DNA from: the human T2T-CHM13v2.0 reference genome, Homo sapiens
Strand: one strand, 5' to 3'
Length of the DNA stretch: 64,000 nt
Assembly: GCF_009914755.1 (NCBI RefSeq)
Contig: NC_060927.1
Shown: positions 38,806 to 51,686 of the stretch, piece by piece
Numbering within the stretch: position 1 is the stretch's first letter
Layout: each line of letters begins with the position of its first letter
The notes under the pieces: generated by a model
Database searches by the model: none
What the model was told of the DNA's origin: nothing
Seen by the model: the letters and a program-made list of their open reading frames with translations, nothing else
Translations under genes and position numbers: made by a program

Positions 38806-40395
38806 AAATGAATTCTTATGTTTCCTTTTCTCTTTCTTTCATGTCATCCCCATAAGCACACAGACCTGCTCTGATGTCCTGAAAGCTTAAAACAAAACAA
38901 AACAAACCAAAAAATCTTCAGCCATTATCCTCTTTTATCTATTCTTTATACTCATAAATAAACTCACTGAAGTTTTCTGCACATGTTAAATCCATTTCTT
39001 CACCTTCCATTCCCTTTTGGTTTCACTCTACCTCACTAACCATGGAAACTACTTTGAGTCAAGGTCACAAAGCACATTATTGTGCTCAATATAGTAGACA
39101 GCTGTAAGCATGATGTTTCTTTCACTATTTTCTATGCAGAGCAGAGAGTCCAACTGAATGGCTGAACAATTTTTCTCATAATAATAATTATGGAAGGTGA
39201 AGGAAAATACTCAAAATATTTAAACAAATTCCAAGCTGAATTGCAGTCAGTTCTATGTGGACTCTTTGAGTCTGATAAGTAATCCTTTCTGTTGTGTTTC
39301 TAGAGGTTGAGATATATGGGTTGGAACTCAGGAAATTGTTTAAAGCAGCAGCAAAGATTTGTATTTTTCCAAGAGCAAAACACAGACCATTCGTTCTATC
39401 AATATGAAACACTGTATTCGATTGTTTCAGTCAAATATTCTTGACCATATTGACCTACTTCCTTAGTAATTTGGCATTCATAGAATAAAGCCTTTGAGAG
39501 GGAACAGTAATAGCAGGTTCCATCCATGTGAAAACTTCCCTTTCTAATGGGTTGTTGAGGGCAAGCTGGCTTGCTCATTAGGGAAATTTTTCTTACTTGA
39601 AAAATGCATTTAGTAATTCTTTCTGGTTCACCTGGTCAGATTTATTTTTTTTTAATCTGAAGTTCAAGTAATTATATTTATACTGCCATGTACAGTACAA
39701 GAATATGTAGTATTTATATAGCAATATATTCTTATATATCTGACTAAAACAGTTTCTAGATAAATAGATTATGTTGTGATATTGACATTAAACTCTATAT
39801 AACTTCATATATGTTAGATATTATTTTCAATTGTTTCAGAAAGAAATATTTTCATAGAAAAATATATTTATTCCTCTTTCAAGTATATAAATACAAAAAA
39901 TGTTACTTTGCAATCCATATTCTCAGAGCAGAATTTGATGTATACTGAATGCAATGTATTGTTAGAAAATTATGGTAAATTACAAATTCAAGTAGCTTAC
40001 AAATAACATAAGCCATATTGACTTTGTTATTCTAATGGTTTCATTTCAAGCATTAAAATTACTTGCATAATCTTACAGAGAAAACTATTACCCTGAGAAA
40101 AATATACATAATAAACAAAATCCCTCTATATTTGTCCATGTGATATAATGAAAACAATGCATTCCTATACTTTATATTTATTCATTTTACCTATTAACAT
40201 AATGCTCGGATATGTTTGGTATGTGGTTTTGGGGATACTGACATTATCATATATCCATACTGCTAACGCTCATATATTTTCATGGCTTTACTACTGGTTC
40301 TGTCCTAACAGAGAAATGACATTGATAATTTTGAAATATCATGGTTGAAGACAAGGATTGGGAAGATATTTGTACCATTCAGAATATATGCATGC

Positions 40396-40756
40396 TGTAT
40401 TGGTCCATTCTCACACTGCTATAAAGGTACTACCCAAGACTGGGTAATTTATCAAGAAAGAGGTTTAATTCACTCACCGTTCTGCATGGCTGTGGAGGCC
40501 TCAGGAAACTTACAATCATGGTGGAAGGGGAAGCAGGCACATTTACATGGTGGCAGGTGAGACAGAGTAAGCAAGAGCAGGGAAAAGTGCCTTATAAAAC
40601 TATCATATCTTGTGAGATCTCACTCAGTATCACAAGAACAGCATAGGTGCAACTGCCCCCGTGATCTAATCACCTCCCAACCGGTCGCTCCCTCAACACC
40701 TGGGAATTACAATTCAAGATGAGATTTGGGTGGCGACACAAAGCCTAATCATATCA
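40396..40756 (-). mobile_element. THE1C/D-like solo LTR
   Basis: tgtattggtccattctcacactgctataaag...catatca; TSD catgc/catac. Confidence 0.9.
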
Positions 40757-42317
40757 CATACATATGTACGTGTGTCTTTTATCTTTGTGTTTATAGATAC
40801 ATAAATACAAGGAATAATATACAATTTATTTATCTAGCAAAAGTTTGATGGTTTCCCTCTGTAAATTACCTAACATGATAGAAAAGGAGGGTGCAAACTA
40901 GAAACATTAAAAGTAACTTTTAGACAGAAACAACGCCAACAAATAATTATCTAAAATATTAAGTAAAAATCATTACTAAATATAGGAGTCTGACAAACTG
41001 GGAAGGTGGGCAGGTGTCACTTCAGATATAAATAAAGGAGCACTTCCTTGAGAAGAAGGTGAGGCTGCTGGGACTAATAATATTTATTTTGCGTTACTTG
41101 CCAAATCAAGAATCAAATTAATAAAATAATTTAAAAACTGTAAACAAGCAACCCTAATCTGGAACCATTTGGGAAACCTATTTAAGTCTCTGAATTCAGG
41201 AATAATCATTTGTGATGTCTGCTGTTTACTCACAACCCAGAGTTGCCTTCTTTCAGGGAATTAGCAATTACGTTTCAGGCCCTTCCTCAGCCTCCTTTAC
41301 ATCTTATTTGTATTTTGTTTAAAAAGAATAAAAGGAAGGAAAACAATAAGTTTCTCATACATAGGCTATAAGCTTCATTTGTGTTTTCTACTAATTGCTA
41401 ACTAGCCTTGTGGTGAGACCATATTTTTCTGGAAAATAGTAAAAAGCAGTTAAATAGGGCTTTAAAATTTTAATATCAATGCAGATGTGTTAATACATAC
41501 GGGCACACACAAAATATTTGTTTTTGAAAATGTACTTTTGTGACAAACTTTGCTCTAATACAGGTGAATATGCTTTGAGATAGATGATAAACTTAAATAT
41601 TTATTTTAACTGTGGAATTCTCTTTTATTTAAAACTCAAGACTAGTACATGTCCTGCAAGTATTGAATAACTTTTTTTTTCTGAGAGTACGAGTCTGGAT
41701 TCAGATTACCTCACCCCAAAAGGGGTTTAGCTGTGTGCATTTTTCCATTCAAATATTGGTTGAGTATCTACTATGTTCTAGGAATGGTTCTAGTAAAGAG
41801 TATAACAGTAAACACAACAGAAAAATATCCATGGCTAGGCTAGAATAGTTAAGAAAAAAAGTGGGAATTGTTTATTGAAATAATTAAAATATCAAAACAT
41901 TTAAAATGTTCTTAGTATTTGAAAATATCTGATTAATGAATTGATATAAAATATACTAGTGTCATATTCTAAATACAAGAATTTCAAAGCATGCTTTTAA
42001 ATAATTTTGGAAATGAAAATGCTCATGATAACGAGTTAAATTAAAATATAACCTTGCATAAACATTATATATATGCAATAGATACACATATGCATACGTG
42101 TATATTTATTTATATATCAACATACATTCACATATCACCTCTCCCCCATACACAAACACACACTGTCTATTTTCATTATTACTAGATTACTTATATGCAA
42201 ATTTGACTGCTTGCTAAAATTTATTCATAACCCTAAAATGAATATTCTCAGTGCTTTCTTGATATTTCATCAACATGCATATGTGCAGGACAGTGAAAAA
42301 ATTTGAGTTGCCTGACT

Positions 42318-42423
42318 TTAGAGCTTCACCTTGATCAAATTCTGCTGGGACAGTTAGGCAACTCAATTGCCTAACTCAATTGCCTAACTGTCCCAGCAGA
42401 ATTTGATCAAGGTGAAGCTCTAA
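42318..42423. repeat. Perfect inverted repeat, 44-bp arms, 18-nt spacer
   Basis: ttagagcttcaccttgatcaaattctgctgggacagttaggcaa (42318-42361) is the exact reverse complement of 42380-42423. Confidence 0.97.
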
Positions 42424-42447
42424 CTTCCTATTATAGCTCTTACACTG

Positions 42448-42815
42448 TGTATTAGTTCATTCTCACACTGCTATAAAGAAGTAGCTGAGACTGGGTAGTT
42501 TACGAAAAAAAAGGTTTAATTAACTCACAGTTCTGCAGGCTTAACAGGACTCATGACTGGGAGGCCTCAGGAGACTTATAATCATGGTGGAAGGCAAAGG
42601 AAGCAAGCACCTTCTTCACATGGTGGGAGGAGACAGAGAGAGACTGAGGGGCGAAGTGGCACACTTTTAAACCATCAGATCTCATGAAAACTCATTCACC
42701 ATTACAGAACAGCATGAAGGAAATATGCCCCTATGATCCCCAGGTTCCTCCCTCAACATTGGAAATTACTATTCAACATGAGATTTGGCTGGGGACACAC
42801 AGTGAAACCATATCA
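42448..42815 (-). mobile_element. MSTA solo LTR nested in MER82
   Basis: tgtattagttcattctcacactgctataaagaa...aaaccatatca. Confidence 0.88.
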
Positions 42816-43077
42816 TATTACAAGCAAGTGTCCTTTTCTCTGTAAATCCTGTGCCATATTTTTCTCATTTTTGTGCTTTTGGTTGGTGATTTTGATGTTT
42901 AAAATGTCCCCCAAATATAGTGTGAAAATATTGTATAGTATTTCTAAATGCAAGGAGGCTGTAATGTGACTTAAAGACAAAATAAATGTGTTAGGTAAGT
43001 TTCATTCAGGCATGAATTACAGTGCTGTGGGCTGAGTTCAATATTAATGAATCAATAAAATATATTAAATAAAGGGT

Positions 43078-43605
43078 TTTTTCTAGCTTTATTGAGGTAT
43101 AATTGATAAATGAAAAATGTATACATTTAAGGTGTACAATGTGATATTTTGATATACATATACACTATGAAATAATTACTGTAATCAAACTAATTACACC
43201 CATCACCTCACAGCTATTATTTTCTTTTCCATGGTGAAAACATTTAAGATCGTTGTGCTCTTAGCAAATTTCAAGTCTACAATGCAGCATCATTAAGTAT
43301 AGTCACCATGTTCTAGAACTTACTCATCTTAAACTTTGTACACTTTGACCAACATCTGCCTATTTCCTCCATTCCCCAGCTTCTAGCAACCACCCATCTA
43401 CTCTGCTTCTAAGAGTTTGACCAGTTTAGACTCCACATATATGTGAGATCATGCATTATTGTCTTTCTATTCCTGGCATATTTCACTTAATACAATGTCC
43501 TCCAAGTTCTCCCTTGTTGCTGCAAATGACAGGCTTTCCTTATTGTATAAGGATGAATAATATTCAATTGTATGTGAATACATACCACATTTTACATATG
43601 GAATT
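43078..43605 (-). mobile_element. L1MA8-10-like 3' fragment nested in MER82
   Basis: agctttattgaggtataattga...tttaaggtgtacaatgtgat...cttagcaaatttcaagt. Confidence 0.85.
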
Positions 43606-43834
43606 TTTAAATAGGAACACAGATAAAATGAAGTATTTATCAGTTGATGAAAATGCTATGACAAGAGACTTACAGAAACCTAACCCTGTATTTCTCCCAG
43701 GGGTAACGATTCAGTATTTGATAGTTTGATGTTTGTAGCAACTTTATAAAACATTTACTGCAGATAATAAGAATCAACTGTGTTTATATAATATATATTA
43801 TGTGTGTTTAAACGTTTGCATTGACATAGACAGA

Positions 43835-44005
43835 TTCAGGGATCTTGAGTGAGACCTCCTGAGGCCTCAGTTTGTTCAACTATAAAATGACAATAACAGT
43901 AGTACCTTCCTTGTAAGGTTGTTTTTAAAATAAAATAAATTATTGCTTGCATATTAATTTGGAGAATATATTGTACATAAGGCTCAAATAAATTTGTAGC
44001 TATTA
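43835..44005 (+). mobile_element. MIR fragment
   Basis: gcctcagtttgttcaactataaaatgacaataacagtagtacct. Confidence 0.65.
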
Positions 44006-44073
44006 GGTGACATTTGCATGTATATAAAATCATATTGGCTGTCAAGCTGCTATGAATTGATAAGTGATAACTA

Positions 44074-44382
44074 TTTTTATTTTTTTATTTTTATTTTTTG
44101 TTTTAGATGGAGTCTCGCTCTGACGCCCAGGCTGGAGGCAATGGGACGATCTCAGATCACTGCAAACTCCCCCTCCCGAGTTCAAGCAATTCTCTGTCTC
44201 AGCCTCCCAAGTAGCTGGGATTACAGGCGCCCGCCACTACGCCCGGCTAATTTTTTTGTATTTTTAGTAGAGACGGGGTTTCACCATCTTGGCCAGGCTG
44301 GTCTTAAACTCATGATCTCCTGATCCACCTGCCTTGGCCTCCCAAAGTGCTGGGATTACAGGCATGAGCCACCGCGCCAGCC
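44074..44382 (-). mobile_element. AluS (Sg-like)
   Basis: Antisense Alu body with T-rich tail; TSD aacta(t/c)tttt. Confidence 0.9.
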
Positions 44383-44384
44383 AA

Positions 44385-46110
44385 CTACTTTTGAAGTCAG
44401 GCTTACGAAGATATAATTTACATTCATTAAAACTCATCCTTTTTAGTGTAGACATCTGTGAGTTTGGACAAAGTCATATCATTGTGTAACTATCACGACA
44501 TTAATGATATAAAACAATTTATAACCAAAATTTCCCTCATTTTCTGTTTTAGTCAGCCTCTTCCACACTCCCTGCCAATGACACTTAACTTATTTTCTGT
44601 CCCTGTAGTTCTGTCTTTTCCAGAATATCATATACATAAAATTATTTGTCATTTAAATGAATTAAAAGTATGTAGCCTTTTGATTATGTGTTCTACTTAC
44701 TGTAATAAATTTGAGATTCATCAACATTTTCATCTGTATCAGTTATTTCCTTTATTTCTGAGTATTAATCAATTTTATAGATGCTTCACAGTGTATCTAT
44801 ATATCATCATTGGAAAGACATTGAGGTTGTATATAGTGTTGATATTTGAATAAAACAGCTATAAGAATTAGCATACAAGTTTTTGTGCTAACACAACTTT
44901 TCATTTGTCTTGGGCAAATATCTAGCAGTGGTTTTTGACTTGATTCTCAGCTTGGTTGCTGTTGGTGTATAGCAGAGCTACTGATTTGTGTACATTGACT
45001 TTGTGTCCTGAAACTTTTTCTGAATTCATTTATCAGTACTAGGAGCTTTTTGGAACAGCCTTTAGGGTTTTCTAGGTATACAATCATATAATCAGCAAAC
45101 AGTGACAGGTTGGCTTTCTCTTTACTGATTTGGATGCCCTTTCTTTCTTTCTCTAGTCTCATTGCTATGGCTAAGACTTCCAGTACTATGTTGACTAGAA
45201 GTAGTGAGAGTGAGCATCCTTGTCTTCTTCCAGTTCTCAGATGGAATGCTTTCAACTTTTCCCTGTTCAGTATGATGTTGGCTGTGGGTTTGTCATATAT
45301 TTTATTTTATTACAATGTTATAGCTTTTATTACACTGAGGTATGTCTCTTCTGTGCCGATTTACTGAGGGATTGAATCATAAGGGGATGCTGGATTTTGT
45401 CTAATCCTTTTTCTGTGTCTATTGAGATGATCATGTGATTTTTGTTTTAAATTCTGTTTGTGTGGTGTATCAAATTTATTGACTTGCGTATGTGAAACCA
45501 TCCCTACATCCCTGGTATGAAAACCACTTGATCATTGTTGATTATCTTTTTCATATGCTGTTGGATTCAGTTAGCTAGTATTTTGTAAAAGATTTTTACA
45601 TCTATGTTCATCAGGGTTATTGGTCTGTAGTTTTTTTTGTTATGTCTTTTCCTAGTTTTGGTATTAGGGTGATACTGGCTTCATAGAATGATTTAGGGAG
45701 GATTCCCTCTTTCTCTATCTTGTGGAATGGTGTCAACAGCATTGGTACCAATTCTTCTTTGAATGGCTGGTAGACTTCAGCTGTGAATCTGTCTGGTCCT
45801 GGACTTTTTTTGGAAATTTTTGTCACGCGAAATGGGAATTTTCAACTTTATAAGAAACTGCCAAACTTACTTCCTAAATGGTTATATTATGAAGCATTTT
45901 CCACAAGCAAGGTATGAGAGCTCTAGTTATTCTGAACTTTGTCAGATGTTAGTATTATTGGCTTTTTTTTTTTTTTAACTTTTCCAAACTAAAAACTGTG
46001 TAGTAGTATTTTCACGTTGATTGATTTGCATTTTCACAATAGATATTGATATTGAGCATCTTTTCATGGGTTTACTTCCCATTCGTATATATTTTTGATG
46101 AAGTTCCTAA
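44385..46110 (-). mobile_element. L1MB/MC-type 3' fragment (44385-44931 and ~45812-46110), split by a younger L1
   Basis: tttgagattcatcaacat...cttgggcaaatatctagcagtgg, resuming with aactttataagaaactgccaaac...gagcatcttttcatg. Confidence 0.75.
44935..45812 (-). mobile_element. L1PB-like internal ORF2 (RT) fragment
   Basis: Minus ORFs [16 protein letters not shown]...[13 protein letters not shown] and [21 protein letters not shown]...[11 protein letters not shown]. Confidence 0.92.
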
Positions 46111-46114
46111 TTCT

Positions 46115-46370
46115 CAAATATTTGGAAATTTAACAACACACTTCTAGGTAACCCATGTATCAAGAAAAAATTACAGGAAAAATTAAAAATATATATTTTT
46201 CAATTTAATGGAAATGAAAGTGCAACTTATCAAAATATGTTGGCTACAACTAAAGTTGTGCTTAAAGGAAAACGTTAAGCATTAAAAGCTTGTGTTATAA
46301 AATAAGAAATATCTCAAGTAAATGATTCACGTTTCCCAAATAAAAAATGAAAAACAAAAAATAAACACAC
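46115..46370 (+). mobile_element. Old L1 ORF2 fragment
   Basis: tggaaatttaacaacacacttctaggtaacccatg...caacttatcaaaatatgttgg. Confidence 0.7.
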
Positions 46371-46384
46371 ATCTCTTAACAACT

Positions 46385-48880
46385 AGTCTCTCATCCTGTA
46401 TTAGTCTTCACTTTTCAAAAAATGTTACTTATCCTTTACAAAAATATTTTTGCTGGCTATGAAACTCTGGATAGCTATGTATTTTATTTTTATTTTCTTT
46501 TTCAAAATCTCTCACTCCATTGTCATCTGACTTGCATCATTTCTGATGAGAAACTATGTTACCTTATTGTTATTCTTATGTTTGTTCTCTTGCATGTAGT
46601 GTATATTTAGTATTTCTCTTTATCTTTGATTTTCAACAGTTTGATTATGATTTGTCAAAGGTTGCATGTGTATGTCGACAAGAAGTCTCTCATAGACCAA
46701 ACTTTAGTCAGGCTCCTCTGAGCTCTCTTTTTGACTAGGCCTTATTCTTGGCCTGCTGTGCTCAGCAGTAGCAATAATTCCTCTGAGTCCAGTGTAACAA
46801 AGATCCTGCCAATACCCTTTAGCAAGAATTCCTCTCACACTTGATAACTAAACACTTCCCCCTTATTAATTTTCTATCTGTTGAGTCCCTCATTCTACCT
46901 GTTGGCTAGAAATCCCCAGTGAACCCTGCTTTATTTGTAGTTGAGATGAGTCCCACACTGAAGTCTCTCTGCCCTACTGCAGTAGTCAAAATAAAATCTG
47001 TCTTGACCTTTTTTACAATTGTCCAGTTCAATTTTTTCAACTATGTCTGTGTGTGTATATATTGAATCAGATATTTATTCTTCTCAGGATTATCTGAGAT
47101 TTTTGGATTTGTTTTATATCTTTGATTTTTTTTAAAAAAATTCATGACCATTATCTTCTCAAATATTTCTTCTCTGCATTCTCTCTTTATGTTCTACTCT
47201 GGAATTCAAATTACATGTGTGTTTGACTATTTGCTATTGTCCTAAAGATCATTGATGTTCTCTTTCGTATACTTTTTTCTCCTTTTGATTCAACTTGGAT
47301 AGTTTCTATTGATCTGGCTTCACATTCTGTGATTCTTTTCTGTGTTGACTGATAATGAGACTGTCAAAGCATTCTTCATTGGTCATTCCCCCCCTGCTAA
47401 AATTTATGCTATACTCTTTCTAACAGTTTCTACCTTCTCCCTAAATTTCTTTTCAAGAGCATAACATCTGTTCATTTATCTTTTCTACCTTTTCCACAAG
47501 AGACTTTTACATACTAATCAAAGTTATCTTAAATTCACTTTGTGATAAGCCCAACATTTTTATCATCTCTAAGTATAGTTCTGTTGATGGCCTTGTCTCT
47601 TCAGAGTGCTCTTTTCTCCTGTTTGTCACATATTATTTGTTTGAATGCCAGGTGCTGTGTCTGGAGTAGTACAGAATGAGATAAATAATGTGTTTTCCTG
47701 GAATTGGTTTATATCTTCCAATTTTAGTTGGTTAGCGTAGAGATTTGAATCCATTTAGTCAGGAATTGGCTTGAGTTTGAATCTCATTGTTGCTCTGGTT
47801 ACTTTCAGTGCCCAGGGACTTCAAATGTATCTAATATTCCTTGTTATTCCTGTAATGTTACCTTGTGCTTAGGATGATGACAGATTTTCTCAATGCCCTT
47901 GTTTTATTCTCAACATTTGGCCTTCTCTGTGTGCCTGCAACACTTAGAAGTTCTCTCACCAAGTTTCGCCTTTCCCCCAGGAGTAGAGAGCTGTTGCTTG
48001 TTATTTGATTCTTGTTAACCTGGTGGTGGAAGGGAAAGAGAGATTTCTCTTGTCCTGATCCAGCCTCAATCTTAGTCAAAACTTATGTGCCTGCTCTTAT
48101 GATTGAGATTTTCTAGTTATCCTGGTCCTTCGTCTCATGACAACCAAACTCTTTCTGCAATTTAGGCAGGACTTATGTGGGAAAATATTTTCTACCTCTT
48201 CCCTAGCCTTAAGAGACCTCTGCTGCAATTGGAATAGAATCCTGGACGTTAAACTGTTTAATATTCCTCCCCCAGAGTTGAAGAATTTTTTTTAACACTC
48301 TTCCCACAGTCAAAATGGATCTTTACCTGCTCATGGGGGTAATGGAATTTTCTACTTCTCAGAAAATCAGGAACTCCTGTTCTACAGGGAAGAAGGAGCA
48401 GCAGGGCTTCTTTCCCTTTTTGCAGTGGTGGCCACTTCTCTCCTCCAAGGGTACAGCAACAGGGAGAGCTATCTTTAATCAATCTCTTACTCTTCACCAT
48501 CCTGCTCCTTAAAACCCAGTGAAGGACCATGAAGAAGAGACCATAGAGGGTACATTCTCCTATTTTGCCTGTAATTTCTGGAGATCTATTCTCTGATGGA
48601 AGCCCAGACTTGATTAATATTAATTTGTTACCAAATTGGTTTGAATTCTCACCTGCCTTTATAGTCTCAGCTGCTCTTCTGTCAGTGCTCTGTCACAGGT
48701 GAGCCAATGCTAATACATAGTCTGTCTTTGAGGAGCTACTTTTTTGGATATTTTGGATACTTGGTTTCTTGTAAACCTTAAATCTCAGAGAGCTTTCAGA
48801 AAATTTGTGATTCTCAGGTTTATTTATTCTTATTGTTAGCATGAACATGATGTTTTTTCAAGCTTTCTACATTCAAGGGA
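46385..48880 (-). mobile_element. Old L1M ORF1/5' region, interrupted by MER31
   Basis: aaaatatttttgctggctat...ctcactccattgtcatctgacttgcatcatttctgatgagaa...ccattatcttctcaaatatttcttct. Confidence 0.6.
46675..47043 (+). mobile_element. MER31-like ERV1 solo LTR
   Basis: gaccaaactttagtcaggctcctctgagc...gactaggcct, with aataaaatctgtctt near the end. Confidence 0.7.
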
Positions 48881-49808
48881 AAAACCCAACTCTCTGTTTA
48901 TATATAAACACATAGAGAAACACACATACGCAGACACACACATACTATTTTCTAAAATTCTGTGAACAATGCATATTATTTTAGCAATAGGAAAAATAAA
49001 TACAATAATTTTTCTAGAATGCTAAATAACATGGAATACATTTCTAGTACTTTTATATTTAAAAATCATCTCATCTCTTTGATTTTTCTATATGAGTAAT
49101 GCAGACAAAAATACAAACCTTAATATTCATTCCTCAGATTTCTTTGAGATATTAAAATCAAAGGAAGAATTAATAATAATAGCACTGCAGAAAGAGAAAG
49201 AAAAGAAGAAAACTGTTTCCCTTTTAGCAAAATATTCTATTTTGGTTTTCAATATTTGCTCTCTCAGATTTTTTTTTTGTTTTTCTTCAAACTGGTTTGA
49301 GAGGCTTGAAATTCACAGTTAGGAATATCTGTCAAATAATTAAAACCAAGAATAATGTGTCACTAATTTTACAGTGTTTCAATTAGTAAATTTAAGACTA
49401 TCTCTAGTTAATTATACAGGGCATATAAATTATGTAGCACTTTACAAAACGGTAGAAATCAGTACAATATCAGATGCTGGCAGAAGGACATAGTGCATTG
49501 AATTTTCTTTAATAGTTTGATGGGAATACAGTGCTTTAAAATTCAAGAAAAATAATTCTCAATGTAAAAGCAAAATAATTTGTAAAATGATTAATTTATA
49601 ATGGAATTTATAGTTTGCATATATCAACCATAAAATAATCACTAGAACTAAAAACAACTTCATAATTAATGTATAAATTTTTTAGGCAAAAGAATACTGA
49701 TCAGTAAAGAAATTTGCTATGTAGTTTGTATGAAAAAAGAGGAATTTTAATTACTAAAAACGCAGTAGGCTTCATGGTGGTAATGCTGATTGAGAATTAA
49801 AAGCTAAC

Positions 49809-50100
49809 TTTTTTTTTTTTTTGACAGAGTCTCACTCTGTCATCCAGGCTGGAGTGCAGTGGCCCTGTCTCAGCTCACTGCAACCTCTACCTCCTGAGTT
49901 CAAGGGATTCTCATGCCTCAGCCTCCAGAATAGCTTGGATTACAGGTGGACCTCACACCCAGCCAATTTTTGTATTTTTAGTAGGGATGGAGTTTCACCA
50001 TGTTGGTTAGGCTGGTCTTGAACTCCTGACCTCAGGTCATCTGCCCACCTCAGCCTCCCAGAAAGGTTGGGATTACAGGCGTGAGCCACTATACCTGGCC
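49809..50100 (-). mobile_element. AluS/J-type element
   Basis: Antisense Alu; TSD aaaa(g/a)ctaac. Confidence 0.9.
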
Positions 50101-51121
50101 AAAAACTAACATTCTTAATAGAATGAGATGAGTCTATATGTCTGTCCATAGTTGGTGAAATATGTTCCATTATTCATTGGTCAGAATAGGGTTTTCATTT
50201 CATTAAGTTGAGGATGTCAAGATCACCAAAATTTCATGAATCTTTATTAGCTTGAGCTTCTTCAAGCCAATTATAATAAAACAAACCATCACTTTTATCT
50301 CTACTAGGCAACTGATGCTAAAATTGAACATTTTCCTTGTGCATATGAGGTTACCTGTTCAACTTTCAAGAAGCCTTCATACAATCAGCAGCAACACAAC
50401 CACTGTGTACTTATTACAGAAAGAATTACACTTAAGTTTAGAAAATTCAAAACTAAAAAGAAAAGATTCTTTAAAAGGAATGCAATTAGAAATAACTATA
50501 TAACATAAATTTCATGACGAGTAGACATTTTATATTTTACTTCTAATTACATAAATTTATCTACCAACTGATTATAAAAGGTAAATATGTCAGATTGATA
50601 CTACCATACATTGTGTTCAGTGGATGCTCCAGTACTCCTAATACAGAGAAGGTTTTAAAATTAGGATTCTGATAAAAGGAGGGGCTTAAGTTGCATTTAT
50701 AAATGAATATTCTATTCTTGTTTAGATTTTATGTTAATTTTATATGGCTGATAGAAATGGCAATTTTTATAGGTTTTGGAAATAGCAATTATTTTTATGT
50801 GTTTTTTTTTTTAATGAAGGCGGGTGGTTGGCATTATTGTAAATTCCAAAAGCTAGCTTCTGATCACAAATTGTTACATTTTAACCATCTGGAGTAAAAC
50901 AAAGAATTTGGATACTCTGTGCACATTTTGTTTTCTCTGATTTGTGTCTTGGATTATTGTTCAAACATTTTATTCTACAACTCTACTAATGGGAAGAGAA
51001 AAATGTAGAATATCTGAATGTGTGAATCATGTGTTTTATGATGCAGAGAAGCAGTGGAGTTAGGAGATTCAGGAGGTTGGACAATGTTAATGAGAATTTT
51101 TATTGAAAAAGACTGAATTAT

Positions 51122-51245
51122 GTATACATGTGCCATGTTGGTGTGCTGCGCCCATTAACTTGTCATTTAACATTAGGTATATATGTAACTAACCTGCACG
51201 TTGTGCACATGTACCCTAAAACTTAAAGTATAATTTAAAAAAAAA
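51122..51245 (+). mobile_element. Minimal L1PA4-like insertion with 5' inversion
   Basis: Antisense 3'UTR (51122-~51181), then sense atgtaactaacctgcacgttgtgcacatgtaccctaaaacttaaagtataat and an A tail. Perfect 17-bp TSD gaaaaagactgaattat. Confidence 0.93.
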
Positions 51246-51309
51246 GAAAAAGACTGAATTATTGGCTGGCAACATTTGACAAATGAATGAGGATAAAATC
51301 TTAATACCT

Positions 51310-51686
<377 letters not shown>

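Larger units (their letters stand above)
42163..43780 (+). mobile_element. MER82 (TcMar-Tigger), interrupted by an inverted duplication, an MSTA LTR and an L1MA fragment
   Basis: Degenerate TIRs ctgtctattttcattatt / ataataagaatcaactg; the segments are collinear with the 10556-11152 copy. Confidence 0.82.
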
